Assembly (NCBI GenBank): GCA_963666365.2
Contig: CAXXNF010000002.1
Coordinates: 1,856,001-1,920,000 of the forward strand
Direction of reading: 5' to 3'
Origin: Syntrophales bacterium
GTDB taxonomy: Bacteria; Desulfobacterota; Syntrophia; Syntrophales; UBA2210
DNA length: 64,000 bases
A program made the position numbers and the translations under genes. Shown here piece after piece: positions 38,808-49,831 of this stretch (position 1 is its first letter; every line of letters starts with the position of its first letter). The notes under the pieces are model-generated. The model was not told the origin of the DNA. It saw only the letters and a list, made by a program, of their open reading frames with translations, and did not search any database.

Positions 38808-38844
38808 AAAGGGATCGAAGACATCACGTATTCGATCCCTTTTT
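38808..38844 (+). terminator. Intrinsic terminator
   Basis: AAAGGGATCGAA...TTCGATCCCTTTTT. Confidence 0.75.
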
Positions 38845-38847
38845 AAC

Positions 38848-38909
38848 TTGACAATTGACCGCATAGTTCTTATTGTGACCATCTGGTTCAAATACTGACT
38901 GGTCGGTCA
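38848..38909 (+). promoter_or_regulatory. tetR/RND promoter with three putative TetR operators
   Basis: TTGACA at 38848, and TGAC-initiated imperfect palindromes at 38856, 38876 and 38896. Confidence 0.6.
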
Positions 38910-38921
38910 AATGCTGATACT

Positions 38922-39557
38922 ATGGCTGTTGACAAGCGAAAAGAGCGGAAAAAAATTCTTGATGCCGTTACACGGCAGGACATTATCGATGCCGTCGCCG
39001 CAACCCTGATCAGTGAGGGGATGCAGGGATTTACCATGGATAAGGTAGCGGCAAAGGCCGGCGTCGCCAAAGGAACTCTCTATACTCATTTCAAAAGCAA
39101 GGAAGAGGCCATTGAGGTCACTATGGACTCCATCATAGAACCGCTTTCCGTCACACTGGACACTATTGCCCATTCCGATATGACACCGACTGAAAAGCTC
39201 ACAAAGTACACCTCGCTTCACTTCGCCTTTTTTGACGATCATCAGGACCTCTTTCGCGTCATTCTTTATGATCGCGAACAGGCCCATGCTCCCAAAGAGC
39301 GATTTCAGAACAGTCGATACTGGCAATTCGTACAGAAGCTCGCCGGCATATTCGAAGACGGCATGCACAGAGGGGAGTTCGCCCCCCTCCCCCCGCTTAA
39401 GATCTCGTCGATGTTCATCGAAGCCAACATATCGCTGGTGATGCAGCGTCTTGCGAATAAGGTAACCGGCAATATCGGAGAGGATGTGGCACTGGTAATG
39501 GGGTTGTTCTTGAGAGGAATTCTTTTGAACCCCGACACGCAACGAAAAAGAGGATAG
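38922..39557 (+). CDS. TetR/AcrR-family regulator
   Basis: HTH FTMDKVAAKAGVAKGTLYTHFKSKE. Confidence 0.92.
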   Translation: MAVDKRKERKKILDAVTRQDIIDAVAATLISEGMQGFTMDKVAAKAGVAKGTLYTHFKSKEEAIEVTMDSIIEPLSVTLDTIAHSDMTPTEKLTKYTSLHFAFFDDHQDLFRVILYDREQAHAPKERFQNSRYWQFVQKLAGIFEDGMHRGEFAPLPPLKISSMFIEANISLVMQRLANKVTGNIGEDVALVMGLFLRGILLNPDTQRKRG

Positions 39558-39652
39558 GGCCGTCACAGTCATTGATCTACGGTCGTGCTCCAGGGTATTT
39601 TTTTATTCATCCCTATAGGTACAGCGAATCATAGAATAAGTGGAGACAGCGA

Positions 39653-40864
39653 ATGAAAATGAATCACAGAGGCATACTTGTCATAATTATGGTGATACTT
39701 ACCGGGCTTCTTCTACCGGCAGGATGCAACCGCGAAAATGCCCCGCAGGGACATCAGCAACAACGGGGCATACCCGAAGTTGCCGTCGTCGCGATACAGT
39801 CGAAACCTCTGGTTGTCACCAATGAATTGCCGGGGCGTACCTCGGCCAGCCTGGTCGCCGAAGTGCGTCCCCAGGTAAGCGGCATTATCAAGGAACGCCT
39901 TTTTAGAGAAGGTTCGGACGTCAAGGCCGGCCAGGTGCTTTTTCAAATCGATCCGGCACTCTTTCAGGCAGCGCTGGACAACGCCGAGGCCGGACTTTCC
40001 AGGGCCAAGGCCAATCTGTCGGCAATCCGGCTGAAGGTGAATCGTCTGCGAGAGTTGCTGGCCGACAAAGCGGTGAGCCGACAGGATTACGATGATGCCT
40101 CTGCGGCACTCAATCAGACCGAAGCGGATATCCGCTACTGGGAGGCCACGGTCAAAACGGCCCGCATAAATTTAAAGTATACCTCTGTCACTGCCCCTAT
40201 CTCAGGCCGCATCGGCAGATCTAACATTACAAAGGGCGCCCTGGTAACGGCGCAGCAACCCACCCCGCTGGCAACCATCCAGCAACTGGATCCGATGTTC
40301 GTGGATGTGCCCCAATCAACGGCCCAATTGATGCGTCTGCGCCGGCGGATGGAGCAGGGTCAACTCGACACAAAGGAACAGACCAGGAACACCGTCAATC
40401 TCATTCTGGAAGACGGCGCCGTATATCACTTAAGGGGCGAACTCAAGTTTCGTGATGTCACTGTCGATCCCACTACAGGAACCGTCATCGTACGCGCGGT
40501 ATTTCCAAACCCGGATACCATTCTTCTCCCGGGTATGTTTGTGCGGGCGTGGGTGGAAGAAGGGGTTGACAAAAACGCGATACTGGCGCCTCAGCAGGGG
40601 GTGTCCCGAGACCTCCGGGGAAATCCCTATGCGTTGATTGTAGATGCCGAGGATACCGTTCAGCAGCGGATGCTAACGGTCAGCAGGACCGTCGGCGATC
40701 AATGGCTGGTTTCATCGGGCCTTGAGGCAGGAGATCGAGTGATAGTCGAGGGGATACAAAAGGTACGACCGGGCGATAAAGTAAAAATCGTCCTTTACGA
40801 CCCGAAGGGAGGGAAAAAGAATACACTTGCGAACACTGCCTCTCCCACTGCACGATCAAATTAA
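39653..40864 (+). CDS. RND efflux periplasmic adaptor (AcrA/MexA-like)
   Basis: Lipobox PAGC, then ELPGRT, EVRPQVSGII, APISGRIG and TVDPTTGT. Confidence 0.93.
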   Translation: MKMNHRGILVIIMVILTGLLLPAGCNRENAPQGHQQQRGIPEVAVVAIQSKPLVVTNELPGRTSASLVAEVRPQVSGIIKERLFREGSDVKAGQVLFQIDPALFQAALDNAEAGLSRAKANLSAIRLKVNRLRELLADKAVSRQDYDDASAALNQTEADIRYWEATVKTARINLKYTSVTAPISGRIGRSNITKGALVTAQQPTPLATIQQLDPMFVDVPQSTAQLMRLRRRMEQGQLDTKEQTRNTVNLILEDGAVYHLRGELKFRDVTVDPTTGTVIVRAVFPNPDTILLPGMFVRAWVEEGVDKNAILAPQQGVSRDLRGNPYALIVDAEDTVQQRMLTVSRTVGDQWLVSSGLEAGDRVIVEGIQKVRPGDKVKIVLYDPKGGKKNTLANTASPTARSN

Positions 40865-40879
40865 CGGAGGCTCCCGCTG

Positions 40880-43800
40880 ATGTTATCGAAGTTTTTCTTG
40901 AAGCGACCGGTTTTCGCCTGGGTTATCGCCATTATTATCATGGCGGCGGGTGGACTCGCCATCCACAATCTCCCCATTTCTCAGTATCCTCCCATTGGAC
41001 CGCCCACCATCGCCCTCTCTGCCTCCTACCCGGGCGCCTCGGCGGAAACCATTGAAAACAGCGTCACCCAGATCATAGAGCAGAAAATGACCGGTTTCGA
41101 AAATCTGCTCTATCTCTCGTCAACCAGCGATTCGGCGGGTACCTGCCGGATCGAGCTGACCTTCCGGGCCGGCACCGATCCGGACATTGCCTGGACGCAG
41201 GTACAGAATAAACTCCAGCTCGCCATGTCGAGCCTGCCCGAAGTGGTGCAGAAGCAGGGGGTGAACGTCCGTAAATCCACAAGGAATTACCTGCTGTTCG
41301 TGGGGCTTATTTCGGCGGACGGAAGTATGGACGGCAAAGACTTGAGGGACTATGCAAAATCCAATCTGGAGAGCGTACTGGCCAGGGTACCGGGCGTAGG
41401 CGAAGTGGAGGTCTTCGGCGCCGGTTACGCCATGCGCATCTGGTTCGACCCCGACAAATTGACCGCCTACGGTCTGACCGTGCAGGAAGTAATCACCGCA
41501 CTCGAAGCCTATAACGCCGAGGTTTCCGCCGGGCAGTTCGGAGGTACGCCGGCCGTAGAAGGCCAACGCCTGAACGCCACCATCGTTGTGCAGAATATGC
41601 TCAAAATGCCCGAAGAATTTGCTGCGGTTCCCATCCGTATTAATCCCGATGGGTCCATCGTACGGATCAGCGATATAGGCTGGACGGAACTGGGAACCGA
41701 GTATTACGATGTCGAGACCAGCTATAACGGAATGCCCGTCGCCGGCATCGCCATCCGTCAGGCAGCGGGCGCCAATGCACTAGATGCGGCCGATGCCGTC
41801 AAGGCGAAGATGAAGGAGATGGCGCCATTTCTGCCGCCGGGGATGAAGGCCGTCTATCCCCATGACACCACCCCCTTTATCAGGGTCGCCATCGACGAGG
41901 TGGTGAAGACCCTCATCGAGGCGATTATTCTGGTCTTTTTGGTGATGTGGCTTTTCCTCGGCAACATGCGGGCCACACTCATTCCGACCATCGCCGTCCC
42001 GGTAGTGATCCTTGGAACCTTTGCGATGCTGTCCTTTTTCGGCTTTTCAATCAACATGCTCACCATGTTCGCCATGGTGCTGGCCATCGGTCTTTTGGTG
42101 GATGACGCCATCGTGGTGGTGGAAAATGTGGAACGCATCATGGCGGAAGAGGGGCTACCCCCCAAGGAGGCAACGGCTAAGTCAATGGAGCAGATCACCA
42201 GTGCGCTCATCGGCATCGGACTGGTACTCTCGGCGGTCTTCGGCCCCATGGCATTTTTTCCCGGCTCCACTGGTGTCATCTATCGTCAGTTTTCCATCAC
42301 CATCATCGCCGCCATGCTTCTTTCGGTGGTGGTGGCATTGATCCTGACACCGGTCCTCTGCGCCTCACTGCTCAAACCGGTGCGTGCGGGGCACGAACCG
42401 TCGGAAAACGCGGTCTTTTTCCTGCGCCCCTTTTTCCGGCTCTTTGATCGTCTCTTCTTCGGACTGAGAGATGCCTACGTACGATTCGTCGGTCATTCCC
42501 TTTCCAGAACAGTTCGCTATATACTCGTGTTCCTGGCAATCGTCGCAGCCATGGGGATTCTCTTTTTGCGCATGCCCACCTCCTACCTGCCCGATGAAGA
42601 TCAGGGCTCGCTGTTCGCGCAGGTAATGCTCCCGAGCGGCTCTACGCTGGAGCAGACCATTGCGGTTTCAAGGCAGCTTGAACACTATTTCAACACAGAG
42701 GAAAAAGAGGTGATAGAGTCCACCTTCATGCTGTCCGGCTATGGGTTTTCCGGAAGGGCGCAGAATAACGGCATGGTGTTCATCAAGTTGAAAGACTGGA
42801 ATCTCAGGACCCGGGAAGATCAGAAAGTGAAGGCTGTTGCCGAAAGGGCCATGAAGCACCTTTCGAATATCCGCGGGGCAAGAATCTTTGTCTTTCCGCC
42901 TCCCGCCGTTGCCGAATTGGGAAGCGCCAAGGGATTTGATTTTCAGCTCCTTGACCGGGGCGGTCTCGGCCACAAGGAACTCATGGAGGCGCAATACCAG
43001 CTTCTTGACATCGCCGCCGGTGACCCCAGAATAACCTCAGTCCGCCCGAACAGTATGGAGGATGTCGCTGAATACCGTATCGACGTGGACTGGGAAAAGG
43101 CAGGTGCCCTTGGGGTGCCCATCACCGCGATCCATCGAACCATCTCGGCGTCCTTCGGAAGCGCCTACATCAATGATTTCGTTCAGGGAGGACGGGTCAA
43201 GAAGGTGTATGTACAGGCCGATGCCCCCTACCGCATGCTTCCCAAGGACCTGGAAAAACTCTATGTCCGAAACAGGGAAGGCAAAATGGTCCCTTTTTCC
43301 TCTTTTGCCTCATGCCGCTGGACTTCCGGATCACCCAGGCTCGCCCGTTTTAACGGCTTTCCCTCCATCAACATATGGGGAGAACCGGCACCGGGAAGAA
43401 GCTCGGGCGAGGCCATGCAGGCCATGGAAGAGGCAGTCCGGAAACTGCCCCGGGGCATCGGCTTCGACTGGTCAGGACTCTCCTACCAGGAAAAAATAGC
43501 CAGTACCCAGGCGCCGCTGCTCTATGCATTTTCCATATTTGTAATCTTTCTCTGTCTGGCTGCGCTGTATGAAAGCTGGACCATCCCTGTTTCCATTCTG
43601 ATCGTCCTTCCTCTGGGCGTAATCGGCGGCATTATCGCCACGAGCATGCGCGGACTGTCAAACGATGTCTATTTTCAGATCGGTCTTCTGACTACCCTGG
43701 GCCTTGCCACGAAAAACGCCATACTGATCGTTCAGTTTGCCAAAGACGGACTGGAAAAGGGTATGAGCCTTGTTGATGCCACACTGGAAGGAGCGAAGTT

Positions 43801-44050
43801 GAGATTCCGTCCTATCGTCATGACCTCGCTCGCCTTCGGTTTCGGCGTCCTTCCTCTCGCACTGACCAGCGGCGCGGGCGCCGGCGCGCAGAACGCCATC
43901 GGCACCAGCGTCCTGGGGGGCATGATCACCGCCACCGTGCTCATCGTTATTTTCGCTCCCCTCTTTTTTGTGCTGGTTGAAAGATTCTTCGGAAGAAAAG
44001 GCAGGCATGCCGCATCCGATGCGCCTGATATCACATTACCGGAGGATTGA
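40880..44050 (+). CDS. RND efflux permease (HAE1, AcrB/MexB-like)
   Basis: Motifs FFLKRPVFAWV, GLLVDDAIVVVENVER, KNAILIV and RFRPIVMTS. Confidence 0.95.
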   Translation: MLSKFFLKRPVFAWVIAIIIMAAGGLAIHNLPISQYPPIGPPTIALSASYPGASAETIENSVTQIIEQKMTGFENLLYLSSTSDSAGTCRIELTFRAGTDPDIAWTQVQNKLQLAMSSLPEVVQKQGVNVRKSTRNYLLFVGLISADGSMDGKDLRDYAKSNLESVLARVPGVGEVEVFGAGYAMRIWFDPDKLTAYGLTVQEVITALEAYNAEVSAGQFGGTPAVEGQRLNATIVVQNMLKMPEEFAAVPIRINPDGSIVRISDIGWTELGTEYYDVETSYNGMPVAGIAIRQAAGANALDAADAVKAKMKEMAPFLPPGMKAVYPHDTTPFIRVAIDEVVKTLIEAIILVFLVMWLFLGNMRATLIPTIAVPVVILGTFAMLSFFGFSINMLTMFAMVLAIGLLVDDAIVVVENVERIMAEEGLPPKEATAKSMEQITSALIGIGLVLSAVFGPMAFFPGSTGVIYRQFSITIIAAMLLSVVVALILTPVLCASLLKPVRAGHEPSENAVFFLRPFFRLFDRLFFGLRDAYVRFVGHSLSRTVRYILVFLAIVAAMGILFLRMPTSYLPDEDQGSLFAQVMLPSGSTLEQTIAVSRQLEHYFNTEEKEVIESTFMLSGYGFSGRAQNNGMVFIKLKDWNLRTREDQKVKAVAERAMKHLSNIRGARIFVFPPPAVAELGSAKGFDFQLLDRGGLGHKELMEAQYQLLDIAAGDPRITSVRPNSMEDVAEYRIDVDWEKAGALGVPITAIHRTISASFGSAYINDFVQGGRVKKVYVQADAPYRMLPKDLEKLYVRNREGKMVPFSSFASCRWTSGSPRLARFNGFPSINIWGEPAPGRSSGEAMQAMEEAVRKLPRGIGFDWSGLSYQEKIASTQAPLLYAFSIFVIFLCLAALYESWTIPVSILIVLPLGVIGGIIATSMRGLSNDVYFQIGLLTTLGLATKNAILIVQFAKDGLEKGMSLVDATLEGAKLRFRPIVMTSLAFGFGVLPLALTSGAGAGAQNAIGTSVLGGMITATVLIVIFAPLFFVLVERFFGRKGRHAASDAPDITLPED

Positions 44051-44054
44051 TAAT

Positions 44055-45461
44055 ATGAATAGAATCCTGTTCCTCATGCCCTTCATGCTGGGCATCGTCC
44101 TGTGCGCCTGTTCCCTGGCCCCCGAGTATACGCGGCCTGCGGCGCCCGTCCCTGAAAACTGGCCCACCGGCAAGGCGTACAGGGATGTGCAAACCGCCGC
44201 CGCGACAGATGTGGAGTTACAGTGGAAGGAATGCTTTACCGACATAAGGCTTCAGCAGATCATTGAAACGGCGCTGAAGAATAATCGAGACCTGCGCATT
44301 GCCGCTCTGAATGCAAGGAAGGTTCGCGCCCTTTGCGGGATTCAGCGGGCCGAACTGTTTCCCACGATCAACACGACCGGCGGCATGGTAAAAGAGCGGA
44401 TTCCCGCTGATCTCTCCTCCTCAGGAAAATCAATGACGGCGGAACAGTACAGCGTCTCTCTGGGCATCGCGTCCTGGGAAATCGATTTCTTCGGCCGCAT
44501 CCGCAGTTTGGAAGATCGGGCCTTGCAGGAATACCTCGCCACGGAACAGGCGCGCCGGAGCGTACACATTTCGCTGATCTCCGGTATCGTCAATGCATAC
44601 CTGACTCTTGCAGCGGATCGGGCAAACCTTCAATTAGCACGGTTTACCCTGGAGGCTCAACAGGCCTCGTATACCCTTATCAGGAAACGTTTTGAGGCAG
44701 GGTTTGCCACCGAATTGGACCTCCGCCGGGCACAGACACAGGTTGACACGGCGCGAGGCAATGTGGCCCGTTATACCCAATTGACAGCACTGGACCGGAA
44801 TGCCCTGGATCTTTTGATAGGCGCTCCCGTTTCCGAGGAACTTCTTCCCGCAGACTTGAACAGTGTGACCTCCCCAAAGGATATTTCCCCCGGACTCTCT
44901 TCCGAGGTGCTGCTGAATCGACCTGACATTATGGCGGCGGAGCACCGGCTCAAGGGGGCCTACGCCTACATAGGCGCCGCCCGGGCGGCATTCTTCCCGC
45001 GCATTTCTCTTACCTCATCGATCGGAACGGCGAGTGCGGAACTGTCCGATCTCTTCGGTGCGGGCTCCGCGACCTGGAGCTTTGTGCCCCGGATTTCGAT
45101 ACCGATTTTTGACGCCCGCACCTGGGCGGCGTTACGGGTCAGCAAAGCGGATCGGGAGATCATCCTGACACAGTATGAAAAGACCATACAAGTCGCCTTC
45201 AGAGAAGTTGCCGACGCCCTTGCCATACGCGGCACGGTAGACCAGCGCTTAGCAGCCCAGCAATCGCTGGTTGATGCGGTTTCGGAGACGTACCGCCTCT
45301 CCAATAAGCGTTATACCATGGGGGTAGACAGCTATCTGGGCGTCCTCGATGCGCAGCGCATGCTTTACGCAGCCCAGGAGGGATTGATCGCGCTTCAGCT
45401 GGCGCGGCTTGTCAATCGGGTAGCTCTCTATAACGTCCTTGGGGGTAGCCGAGAACAGTAG
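44055..45461 (+). CDS. Outer-membrane efflux factor (OprM/NodT-like lipoprotein)
   Basis: LCACSLAPEY lipobox, WEIDFFGR, RPDIMAAE and AFREVADAL. Start ATG 44055. Confidence 0.93.
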   Translation: MNRILFLMPFMLGIVLCACSLAPEYTRPAAPVPENWPTGKAYRDVQTAAATDVELQWKECFTDIRLQQIIETALKNNRDLRIAALNARKVRALCGIQRAELFPTINTTGGMVKERIPADLSSSGKSMTAEQYSVSLGIASWEIDFFGRIRSLEDRALQEYLATEQARRSVHISLISGIVNAYLTLAADRANLQLARFTLEAQQASYTLIRKRFEAGFATELDLRRAQTQVDTARGNVARYTQLTALDRNALDLLIGAPVSEELLPADLNSVTSPKDISPGLSSEVLLNRPDIMAAEHRLKGAYAYIGAARAAFFPRISLTSSIGTASAELSDLFGAGSATWSFVPRISIPIFDARTWAALRVSKADREIILTQYEKTIQVAFREVADALAIRGTVDQRLAAQQSLVDAVSETYRLSNKRYTMGVDSYLGVLDAQRMLYAAQEGLIALQLARLVNRVALYNVLGGSREQ

Positions 45462-45651
45462 TTTCATTGCGCACGGCGAAGGAAACAACTCTTTGGACTT
45501 TGGAACTTGCCCGACCTTTACAAACTCATGCAGCTGGTCTATTATTTTTCACTTTCTTCACAACAGGCAATAAGGTACGTATAGATTTACGCATGTCCCA
45601 CCGCCGCATTGATCCGGCTACAAAAAGGGGGAACGACAAGGGCTGGAAACT

Positions 45652-46719
45652 ATGAAGAAAACCTTCGCTACATCTATGATTTCGACAATCCTCTGTGCGA
45701 CGCTTGCATGGACGGCTCAGGCTGCAGCGGCTGGCCGAGATCCGTCTAATGTGGTGGTTGCGAAGATAACCCGGGGCACAATCGCACCTGAAAACACCTT
45801 TATCGGCACCGTCTATTATCCGGAGGTTTCCGATGTTGCTGCAGAGGTAGAGGGAAGGGTGGAAACCGTCACCTTCGACGAAGGCCGGTTTTTGACCAAG
45901 GGCGCCATACTGGTGCAGATGGACTCGAGTCTCCTTCAGAAAACCATCCAATCCAAAAAGGCTTCCCACGAACAGGTACTCGTGGACCTGACACGGGCGA
46001 CCAAAGACCTGGAACGAACGAAAAATCTCTATGAACGAAAAATTGTTGCGGAAAAGGACCTCGATGATCAGATCTACACGGTGCAGGGACTGGAAAAAAA
46101 AGCGGCTTCCCTCAAGGCAGATGTGGAGTGCCTGGAAATAGAGCTGGCAAAAAAAACTATCAGGGCGCCTTTTAACGGAATTGTGATAAAAAAGACAACA
46201 GCCACCGGCGAGTGGCTTTCACCGGGATCCACTGTTGCCACAATCGCGAAGAACGGCGCCTTCGATGTTATTGTCTCCGTTCCCGAGGATATTCTTCCCT
46301 ATCTTGAGAAGGAAATGAAGGTGCAGGTAACGGCCGGAGGCGTGAAAACAATGGGAACAATTATCGCCGTTATCCCGAAAGGGGATATTGCGACACGCAC
46401 CTTTCCGGTAAAAATCCGCGTTACCCAGGCACCCTCGCTGATGGAAGGAATGGAGGCGCGTGTCAAGCTCCCCGCGGCCCGAAGCGCACAGGCCTATTTC
46501 GTCCCCCGCGATGCCGTCCTTACTGTGTCCGACACGACGCATCTCGTGGCCATAGTGGATGGAAAGGCCGCGTTAATAAAGGTTCGCGTTGTCGGATATC
46601 AGGGAATGATGGCGGGAGTTGAAGCAGAGGGAGTCAAAGATGGCATGAAAGTGGTGGTCAAGGGAAATGAGCGCCTTAAAGAAGGAGATCCCGTTACCGT
46701 CATAAAGGAAATTGAATAG
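45652..46719 (+). CDS. RND efflux periplasmic adaptor (second system)
   Basis: Signal peptide, then VAAEVEGRV, IRAPFNG and TRTFPVK. Confidence 0.88.
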   Translation: MKKTFATSMISTILCATLAWTAQAAAAGRDPSNVVVAKITRGTIAPENTFIGTVYYPEVSDVAAEVEGRVETVTFDEGRFLTKGAILVQMDSSLLQKTIQSKKASHEQVLVDLTRATKDLERTKNLYERKIVAEKDLDDQIYTVQGLEKKAASLKADVECLEIELAKKTIRAPFNGIVIKKTTATGEWLSPGSTVATIAKNGAFDVIVSVPEDILPYLEKEMKVQVTAGGVKTMGTIIAVIPKGDIATRTFPVKIRVTQAPSLMEGMEARVKLPAARSAQAYFVPRDAVLTVSDTTHLVAIVDGKAALIKVRVVGYQGMMAGVEAEGVKDGMKVVVKGNERLKEGDPVTVIKEIE

Positions 46720-46721
46720 TC

Positions 46722-49700
46722 ATGGATCCTGTAAAATTTTCAATAAGAGAATCCGTAAAGGTTGCCGTGACGGTTCTTGCTATCCTTCTTTTCGGTTTTA
46801 TAGGACTCTCCCGCATGCCCTATCAGCTAAGCCCCGATCTTACGGTTCCCCTGATTACCGTAAGAACTGCATGGGACGGCGCCACCCCCTATGAGGTTGA
46901 ACGGGAGATTATAGAAGAGCAGGAAAAGGTATTCAAAGGCATTCCCAATCTGGAAGAGATGGAAAGCCAATCGTCCAATAGCCGGGGTTCGGTGACTCTT
47001 AAATTTAAACTGGGAACCGACATCAATGATGCGCTTCTCCGCGTTTCCAACAAGTTAAACGAAGTGAAATCCTACCCTGAAAATGTAGAACGACCCGTTA
47101 TCAGCGCCACCGGAGAATCGACGTCGCCGGTGATATGGATGGCCCTTCTTGCCGAAGATGACAACCCGAGATCCATTTACGAATACCGCACCTATTTCGA
47201 AAACGAGATCAAGCAATATCTGGAACGGGTTGAAGGGGTGGCCGATCTGTATATCGGAGGGGGAACGGAAGAACAGATGCATGTCATCGTCGATCCCCAC
47301 AAGCTTGCCGCATACAAGTTGACCATCGGGAACATCGCCACGCTGCTCGGCGCCGAGAACATGAACGTGTCTGCAGGCAATCTCTATCTCGGGAGAAGGG
47401 ACTTCAGAATCAGGACCGTGTCGGAGCTTCAATCTGCGGAGGAACTGAGACACCTCGTGATCACATCGACCGGCCAGGAGCGCATCACCCTTTCCGATGT
47501 GGCGGAAGTCCGACCGGGCTATCAGAAGAGGACCTGGGCCTCTCTGCAAAACAATAAAGAAAGTATCAGTGTAGGGGTGAGACCGCAATCGGGGGTCAAC
47601 ATTCTTGCACTTACCGACCGCATAGAAAAAACCGTCCGTCAGCTCAATACGGAAAAACTGAAACCGGTGGGGATACATCTGCACTGGTCCTATGACCAGC
47701 GTCCCTATATCAAGAGCGCCATCGGACTGGTTCAAAAGAACATCATGATCGGCGGAGCTCTCGCGGTCATTGTGTTACTTATCTTTCTGCGAAGTTTTCT
47801 TTCCACCCTCATTGTCGCAACGGCTCTTCCCATAAGCGTGATCGGATGCTTTTTCTTCCTCAATCTTTTCGGACGCACCCTCAATGTGGTTTCTCTCGCA
47901 GGGATTTCTTTCGCCATCGGCATGCTTCTTGACAGCGCCATCGTCGTGCTTGAAAATATCGATCGCCACAGAAAAATGGGGAAATCATCCTTCGATGCCG
48001 CCTACGAAGGGACGAAAGAGGTATGGGGCGCTATACTGGCTTCGTCTTTGACAACGGTTGCCGTCTTTCTTCCCGTTGTCTTCATTGAGGAAGAAGCGGG
48101 GCAACTTTTCCGCGATATCGCCATCGCGGTGACCTGTGCCGTAGTACTGAGTCTCTTTGTCTCCATTTCCGTTATTCCCGCCTATGCACACAAGCTCTTC
48201 GCGCTTACAAAACAGGACAGCGGCAATAAAAAGGGCGGAATCGCCCCTCTGGGTTTATCGCTCGTCAATGCAATCATGACCCTCGTTGAATGGTCGCTCA
48301 AAAACTGGCTCACCCGGATAAGCACAATTCTTGTCTTGACCCTCTGTTCCATTCTGATCGCCCTCTTTCTGACGCCTAAAATGGAATATTTACCGCAGGG
48401 CAACAGAAATTATGTGTTCAATCTTCTCGTACCGCCGCCGGGACTTTCCTATGAAGAACGACGAAATATCGGTAAAACGATCTTCAGGGAAATCGGCCCC
48501 TATGCGGGAAAGGAGGAATATGAGGGATTCCCGGGCATAAGAAATGCTTTTTACATAGGCGCCGATCGCTTTGTCTTTTGCGGCGCCATCAGCACCCAGG
48601 AGGAACGGGCAGGAGAGCTTGTACCGCTTTTTTCGAAAATAATCAACAGTATTCCCGGTGTCTTCGGCGTCAGCAGCCAGGGAGGCATATTCCAAACCCG
48701 TCTCGGCGGAGGGCGTACCATCGACGTCGATGTCAGCGGCAAGGAATTGGAGGATATTGTCAAGGCAGCAGGCACGCTCTTGGGAATGATAAAGGAAACG
48801 ATTCCCGATTCCCAGGTCAGGCCGAAACCACCAATCGAAATTCTTTATCCTGAGATTAATTTTATTCCCTACCGCGACCGGCTTCGGGCATCGGGCATGA
48901 GCGCCGGCGATCTTGGCGTGAACCTCGACGTACTCCTTGATGGAAGAAAGGTGAGCGAGTTCAAAAGGGAAGGTCAGAAAAAAATTGACCTCGTTCTCAA
49001 GGGGTCGGATATAGAATTTCATGTCCCGGAGGAACTGTATCATGCCCTTCTGGCCACCCCGGAGGGGAAGGTGGTTCCCGTATCATCGCTGGCGGATATG
49101 AAAAGAACCACCGGAGTCACAGAGATACGGCACCTCGAACGACAGCGCACCATCACTCTCCAGGTGACACCCCCAAAGGCGATATCGCTGGAAGAAGCAA
49201 TGGACCGCATCAACGACCGGGTGATCCCTGAGGCCGGCGCGCAGGGGCTGCTCAAGGACATCAACGTCACCATGAGCGGCGAGGCCGACAAACTCACCCA
49301 GACAAGAAAGGCGCTTCAATGGGATTTTCTCCTGGCGGCGGTTATTATCTACTTGCTGATGGCGGGCCTTTTCAGCAATTTCATCTATCCCCTGGTGATA
49401 CTCTTCACGCTGCCCCTGGCAGCTGCCGGTGGGTTTATAGGACTGCGCCTGGTGAATCTTTTCATTCTCCCCCAGCCGCTGGATATCCTTACTATGCTCG
49501 GATTTGTCATACTCATAGGAGTGGTGGTGAATAATGCGATCCTCATCGTCTACCAGTCTCTCAACAATATTCGATACGGCGGGATGCCCTATCGCGAGGC
49601 CGTTCTTGACGCGACGCGCACCCGACTCAGGCCCATATACATGACCACCTTCACCAGTATCTTCGGCATGCTTCCTCTGGTAGTGTCACCGGGAGCAGGT

Positions 49701-49817
49701 TCGGAAATATACCGTGGGCTCGGCAGCGTCATTCTGGGAGGACTTGCATTATCATCCCTCTTCGTGATATTCATCATCCCCTCTCTGCTCATGTTTTTTA
49801 TAAAGATGGAAAAATAG
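46722..49817 (+). CDS. RND efflux permease (second system)
   Basis: 1031 aa with GMLLDSAIVVLENI, GVVVNNAIL and TRLRPIYMT. Confidence 0.92.
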   Translation: MDPVKFSIRESVKVAVTVLAILLFGFIGLSRMPYQLSPDLTVPLITVRTAWDGATPYEVEREIIEEQEKVFKGIPNLEEMESQSSNSRGSVTLKFKLGTDINDALLRVSNKLNEVKSYPENVERPVISATGESTSPVIWMALLAEDDNPRSIYEYRTYFENEIKQYLERVEGVADLYIGGGTEEQMHVIVDPHKLAAYKLTIGNIATLLGAENMNVSAGNLYLGRRDFRIRTVSELQSAEELRHLVITSTGQERITLSDVAEVRPGYQKRTWASLQNNKESISVGVRPQSGVNILALTDRIEKTVRQLNTEKLKPVGIHLHWSYDQRPYIKSAIGLVQKNIMIGGALAVIVLLIFLRSFLSTLIVATALPISVIGCFFFLNLFGRTLNVVSLAGISFAIGMLLDSAIVVLENIDRHRKMGKSSFDAAYEGTKEVWGAILASSLTTVAVFLPVVFIEEEAGQLFRDIAIAVTCAVVLSLFVSISVIPAYAHKLFALTKQDSGNKKGGIAPLGLSLVNAIMTLVEWSLKNWLTRISTILVLTLCSILIALFLTPKMEYLPQGNRNYVFNLLVPPPGLSYEERRNIGKTIFREIGPYAGKEEYEGFPGIRNAFYIGADRFVFCGAISTQEERAGELVPLFSKIINSIPGVFGVSSQGGIFQTRLGGGRTIDVDVSGKELEDIVKAAGTLLGMIKETIPDSQVRPKPPIEILYPEINFIPYRDRLRASGMSAGDLGVNLDVLLDGRKVSEFKREGQKKIDLVLKGSDIEFHVPEELYHALLATPEGKVVPVSSLADMKRTTGVTEIRHLERQRTITLQVTPPKAISLEEAMDRINDRVIPEAGAQGLLKDINVTMSGEADKLTQTRKALQWDFLLAAVIIYLLMAGLFSNFIYPLVILFTLPLAAAGGFIGLRLVNLFILPQPLDILTMLGFVILIGVVVNNAILIVYQSLNNIRYGGMPYREAVLDATRTRLRPIYMTTFTSIFGMLPLVVSPGAGSEIYRGLGSVILGGLALSSLFVIFIIPSLLMFFIKMEK

Positions 49818-49831
49818 AAGGAGGTTTGTGA

